Origin: Nitrosomonas europaea
GTDB lineage: Bacteria; Pseudomonadota; Gammaproteobacteria; Burkholderiales; Nitrosomonadaceae
Assembly (NCBI RefSeq): GCF_900167395.1
Contig: NZ_FUWK01000006.1
Location: forward strand, 45,410 to 77,409
Length of the DNA stretch: 32,000 nt
Reading direction: 5' to 3'
A program made the translations under genes and the position numbers. The notes below the pieces were generated by a model, which worked only from the letters and a program-made list of their open reading frames with translations, made no database searches and had not been told where the DNA came from. This document shows, piece after piece, positions 28,538 to 32,000 of the stretch (its first letter is position 1; each line of letters opens with the position of its first letter).

Positions 28538-28759
28538 GAAATTCTCTGGATCTAAACACTGATATAAGCCGAATGAATCACAAACAATCTTCGTTCGGCT
28601 CATTCTGTTTTGTCAGGACGCGTTATACCATGTTACCAGTCGTGATCTTCGTTATCCCGACATCGTGTAAATCAGCAGTCATTTTATAAATCGCATAGCC
28701 CGTCCTGAAACACCCTCTTCATTTACCCGCACTTTTTTTGATCTTCAAGAGTCACTTTC

Positions 28760-30019
28760 ATGCGTTTATCCGACTTAAAAAGCATTCATGTTTCCGAATT
28801 GGTAAAAATGGCCGTCGCCAACGATATCGAGGGTGCCAACCGAATGCGCAAGCAGGATCTGGTTTTTGCACTCCTGAAGAATCAGGCACGTAAAAGCGAA
28901 AGTATATTCGGAGAGGGCACACTGGAAATTCTGCAAGATGGTTTCGGGTTTTTACGTTCCCCCGATACCTCCTATCTTGCCGGTCCGGATGATATCTATA
29001 TTTCTCCCAGCCAGATCCGGCGATTCAACCTGCATACTGGTGATTCAGTAGACGGTGAAATACGCCCTCCCAAGGAAGGAGAGCGTTATTTTGCCCTGGT
29101 CAAGATAGATAAGGTCAATAATGAACCACCTGAAAATTCCAAGCGCAAGATACTGTTTGAAAATCTGACACCTCTTTTTCCGACCGAACGCCTGACACTA
29201 GAACGAGACATCAAATCTGAAGAAAACATTACCGGCCGAATCATTGATTTGATTGCGCCTATCGGCAAAGGTCAGCGCGGGTTGCTGGTCGCCAGCCCAA
29301 AATCCGGAAAAACGGTGATGCTTCAGCATATTGCACATTCCATTGCGGCCAACCACCCGGATGTCGTATTAATGGTGCTGCTGATCGATGAACGCCCGGA
29401 AGAAGTAACAGAAATGGTACGTTCCGTGAAAGGGGAAGTCATATCGTCCACTTTCGATGAATCGGCTGCTCGCCACGTTCAGGTAGCAGATATGGTCATT
29501 GAAAAGGCAAAACGACTGGTGGAACACAAAAAAGACGTCGTCATTCTGCTCGATTCGATTACTCGCCTTGCTCGTGCCTATAACACGATCGTACCCGCAT
29601 CGGGCAAGGTGCTGACCGGCGGTGTGGATGCCAATGCCCTGCAACGCCCCAAGCGCTTCTTTGGTGCTGCCCGTAATATTGAGGAAGGAGGATCACTTAC
29701 CATCATCGCCACCGCTCTGGTAGATACCGGTTCGCGCATGGATGATGTGATCTACGAAGAATTCAAGGGAACCGGCAACATGGAAATTCATCTCGATCGT
29801 CGCATGGCAGAAAAACGTATTTATCCTGCCATCAATGTGAACCGATCGGGAACCCGTCGTGAAGAACTGCTGATCCCCTCCGAAATTCTGCAAAAAATAT
29901 GGATTCTTCGTAAATTGCTTTATCCAATGGATGAAATGGATGCAATGTCATTTCTGCTGGATAAAATCAAGGCTACAAAAAATAATGCTGACTTTTTCGA
30001 TTCCATGCGGCGTGTGTAA
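28760..30019 (+). CDS. rho: transcription termination factor Rho
   Basis: It is 419 aa with the N-terminal RNA-binding motif GFGFLR, Walker A PKSGKT and the conserved C-terminus. The trxA-rho synteny matches E. coli. Confidence 0.98.
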   Translation: MRLSDLKSIHVSELVKMAVANDIEGANRMRKQDLVFALLKNQARKSESIFGEGTLEILQDGFGFLRSPDTSYLAGPDDIYISPSQIRRFNLHTGDSVDGEIRPPKEGERYFALVKIDKVNNEPPENSKRKILFENLTPLFPTERLTLERDIKSEENITGRIIDLIAPIGKGQRGLLVASPKSGKTVMLQHIAHSIAANHPDVVLMVLLIDERPEEVTEMVRSVKGEVISSTFDESAARHVQVADMVIEKAKRLVEHKKDVVILLDSITRLARAYNTIVPASGKVLTGGVDANALQRPKRFFGAARNIEEGGSLTIIATALVDTGSRMDDVIYEEFKGTGNMEIHLDRRMAEKRIYPAINVNRSGTRREELLIPSEILQKIWILRKLLYPMDEMDAMSFLLDKIKATKNNADFFDSMRRV

Positions 30020-30078
30020 TGCTGGACAGCAGTTGTACTCCTGATCAAATTTTTGATTCAGTCAATACAGTGTCTCAG

Positions 30079-30225
30079 AACCTGATCAAGATCTCGATCA
30101 GGGGATGCAGTGCAAGGCAAAATTGAACGAGAAAGCGGAACATACTCGAAGTATGTGAGCATGTTGAGTTCAATTTTAACGCCGCAATGCACCCTTCAGC
30201 GAGATCTTGAACGGGTTATCAGGTT
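30079..30225. repeat. ~147-nt imperfect palindrome (long hairpin-forming element)
   Basis: Four perfectly paired blocks were read from the sequence. They are AACCTGAT 30079-86 / ATCAGGTT 30218-25; CAAGATCTCG 30087-96 / CGAGATCTTG 30200-09; AAAATTGAAC 30119-28 / GTTCAATTTT 30168-77; and the apical ACATACT-cga-AGTATGT at 30140-56. Confidence 0.85.
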
Positions 30226-30298
30226 GCAGTCATGCATATCTTAAGTAATAATAGCTGCCCTTTTATTTAGTATTTAGCTTTGGAGATAAGGACATCAA

Positions 30299-30523
30299 AT
30301 GAAGGAAGGTATTCATCCGGAGTATCACGAGATCACCGTAACATGCAGTTGCGGCAATGAGTTCAAAACCCGCTCCGTTTTGAGCAAACCCCTGCATATC
30401 GAAGTATGCTCATCCTGTCATCCGTTTTATACAGGTAAACAGAAAATTGTGGATACCGCAGGAAGGGTAGAGAAATTCAACCAAAAATATGGCAGACATC
30501 TCCAGAAACAAGCCCAGACTTAA
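30299..30523 (+). CDS. rpmE: 50S ribosomal protein L31 (zinc-ribbon type)
   Basis: It is 74 aa, [22 protein letters not shown]…[14 protein letters not shown]…. AAGGA lies 6 nt upstream of the ATG. Confidence 0.97.
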   Translation: MKEGIHPEYHEITVTCSCGNEFKTRSVLSKPLHIEVCSSCHPFYTGKQKIVDTAGRVEKFNQKYGRHLQKQAQT

Positions 30524-30534
30524 TTCTGTCACAG

Positions 30535-30553
30535 CAGGCACTTATTATGCCTG
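30535..30553 (+). terminator. weak hairpin after rpmE (CAGGCA-cttatta-TGCCTG)
   Basis: It has a 6-bp stem and starts 12 nt after the rpmE stop. No clear T-tract follows, so terminator activity is doubtful. Confidence 0.3.
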
Positions 30554-30681
30554 TGAATCCTTTCAGTACGTCCCGGGCACAACAACACGATGCAATGATT
30601 TCCATCGTCGCGGGAGCAGGGGAGTTAGCGTTGTTACTGGATTGCGTCATGCCTAGCAGCATTTGCAATGGTGGAAGTTTT

Positions 30682-30793
30682 GATGGTTCCCACGCTTCCG
30701 TGGGAATCTGTGTTGTTGCCGCTCCGGTGACCAGTATGCCCCGCGCTGGAACGAGGCGAGTTGCGTTCCCACGCGGAACACGTGGGAACCATC
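30682..30793. repeat. REP/MITE-like composite: four copies of TTCCCACG in alternating orientation, bounded by a 13-bp perfect inverted repeat
   Basis: Hairpin 1 is TTCCCACG 30687-94 / CGTGGGAA 30699-706. Hairpin 2 is GTTCCCACG 30765-73 / CGTGGGAAC 30781-89. The outer pair is GATGGTTCCCACG 30682-94 / CGTGGGAACCATC 30781-93. It lies between convergent genes. Confidence 0.8.
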
Positions 30794-30806
30794 AATCAGT
30801 GTTTCG

Positions 30807-32000
30807 TTAAAACATCGTACTGACGGAAAACGCAACGGTTCTTGGAGTGCCGAAAGTATAGTCGTTCTGCCAATAATCCTTATCCGTCAGATTAATGACA
30901 TTCAGGCGCACTGTCAGCGCTTTATCCAATACGCGGGTGGTGTACCGTGCACCGATATCGTACAAGGTATAACTCGGAATCTTATCGGTATTGGCAGCAT
31001 CGGCATATCTTTCACCGGTATAGTAAATCCCACCGGTCAGACTCAACCCTGGAACCCATGGCAGCGCGTATTCTGCGTAAATCTTGCCCATCCTTGATGC
31101 GGCATTGGTTGGTTTCTTGCCTTCGAGAGCGGGGTTATTGGATTTCTCCACCCCGATATCCATCAGGGTACCGCCACCCATGATGGTGAGATTGTCCGTG
31201 ACTTTTCCGGTCAGAACTAACTCCACACCATTATGCACTTGCAGACCGTCCTGGACATAGCTTGGAATGGGTGTTGCAAGATCCGAATACTGATTGGCTT
31301 TTTCGATCCGGAACAGGGCAGTACTCAATAATAAATTAGGGCTGATATCGTATTTCAGACCCACTTCATACTGTTTGCTGACCAATGGAGGGAATACTGT
31401 TCCACGATTGGCGTAGGTATTGCCTACTATCGTACCCTTTTCAAGGGCTTCCATATAGGAAACATAGGTGGTTACCTCTTCAATTGGTTTATATAGCAAT
31501 GAAACGGAGGGAGTCAGTGCAGATTTTTCATAGCTACTATCACCATAGAACCCCCCTCTTTTATTTGCCGTCGTAGCATAGTTTAGCCCGACCATCGTAG
31601 ACCACTGATCGTTGAAGGTAATAGCATCTCCAATCAGGACATTGTCATATCGGTCAACCCAGACAGATGACAGTGGTTCGTTTCCGAAAGATGCTCCCCA
31701 GTCTGGCTCCGGTAAATTCTTGAGTTCATCCAGTGAAAGGCTTGTGCCAGATCGGGAAACAGGGCCGTTACCACGCACAAAGTAATCATAAAGAGTAGAA
31801 GAATAGCCAAGCGTCAATTTGTGGTCGACAGCAAAGGTTGAGAAGCGAGTATCCAGGTAAATATATCCTCCATAATTTTCATGCTTTTCCCAAGGTGAGT
31901 TTGATATTCTGACGGGAATAAAGGTCCTGTCCACCTGCTGATTTAAAGATATTTGATTGACTCTCATCCGGGTATCCTGATAGAAAAAAGCACTTCTGAG
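30807..32000 (-). CDS. TonB-dependent outer-membrane receptor, C-terminal beta-barrel part (5' end beyond the right window edge)
   Basis: The frame stays open from 31967 to 32000 (…LRSAFFYQDTRMRVNQ…), so the Met in the track is internal. It shows a beta-strand-like alternating pattern and ends …TPRTVAFSVSTMF, with the terminal Phe typical of OM barrels. Confidence 0.88.
   Translation of the reverse strand, partial: LRSAFFYQDTRMRVNQISLNQQVDRTFIPVRISNSPWEKHENYGGYIYLDTRFSTFAVDHKLTLGYSSTLYDYFVRGNGPVSRSGTSLSLDELKNLPEPDWGASFGNEPLSSVWVDRYDNVLIGDAITFNDQWSTMVGLNYATTANKRGGFYGDSSYEKSALTPSVSLLYKPIEEVTTYVSYMEALEKGTIVGNTYANRGTVFPPLVSKQYEVGLKYDISPNLLLSTALFRIEKANQYSDLATPIPSYVQDGLQVHNGVELVLTGKVTDNLTIMGGGTLMDIGVEKSNNPALEGKKPTNAASRMGKIYAEYALPWVPGLSLTGGIYYTGERYADAANTDKIPSYTLYDIGARYTTRVLDKALTVRLNVINLTDKDYWQNDYTFGTPRTVAFSVSTMF

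Noticed and set aside
30079-30225. The idea that the long hairpin is a 6S RNA gene.
   Set aside because: The architecture is wrong. The largest internal loop sits next to the apex rather than in the centre. The length is about 147 nt. I see no promoter directly upstream and no terminator. It is kept as an unexplained palindrome instead.
30547-30810. An 87-aa + strand ORF between rpmE and the receptor gene.
   Set aside because: Its ATG lies inside the rpmE hairpin loop with no SD. The frame runs through the nested inverted repeats, giving an Ala/Gly/Arg-rich, repeat-derived sequence.

Overview
This looks like a core chromosomal region of a betaproteobacterium. The Nitrosomonadales-like impression is a guess from protein sequences and cannot be verified here. 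I support 34 protein-coding genes, two of them cut by the window edges. From left to right they are: argB (partial); a pilH-pilI-like CheY/CheW pair; a DolP-type BON lipoprotein; a GlcD-family FAD oxidase; an aa3-type cytochrome c oxidase biogenesis cluster on the minus strand (coxB, coxA, a 37-aa small membrane ORF missing from the ORF track, ctaG, DUF2970, coxC, SURF1, a SCO-like protein, ctaB); a yccA-copA-copZ copper-efflux operon; accA-tilS-rfbD; an envelope operon (SH3 lipoprotein, OmpA-type lipoprotein, sppA); an alpha/beta hydrolase; uspA; a Fur-box-preceded Fe(3+) ABC transporter plus ybjQ; mltB; trxA-rho; rpmE; and the C-terminal part of a TonB-dependent receptor. I see no rRNA, tRNA, CRISPR array, transposase, integrase or recognisable defence or toxin gene. 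I did not find a convincing new multi-gene system, and the window reads as ordinary housekeeping and metal-homeostasis DNA. The unexplained signals are mostly intergenic. They are two perfect TTCGAA-centred palindromes and a Shine-Dalgarno-led 14-codon Cys-Cys-His mini-ORF between the cox and cop operons; a ~147-nt imperfect palindrome rich in GATC between rho and rpmE; a REP-like nest of inverted repeats between rpmE and the receptor gene; a plus-sense intrinsic terminator between two minus-sense genes; and a strong promoter ~260 nt upstream of trxA. One coding oddity is an alpha/beta hydrolase with Thr instead of Ser at the nucleophile elbow. All functional readings of these signals are inference.
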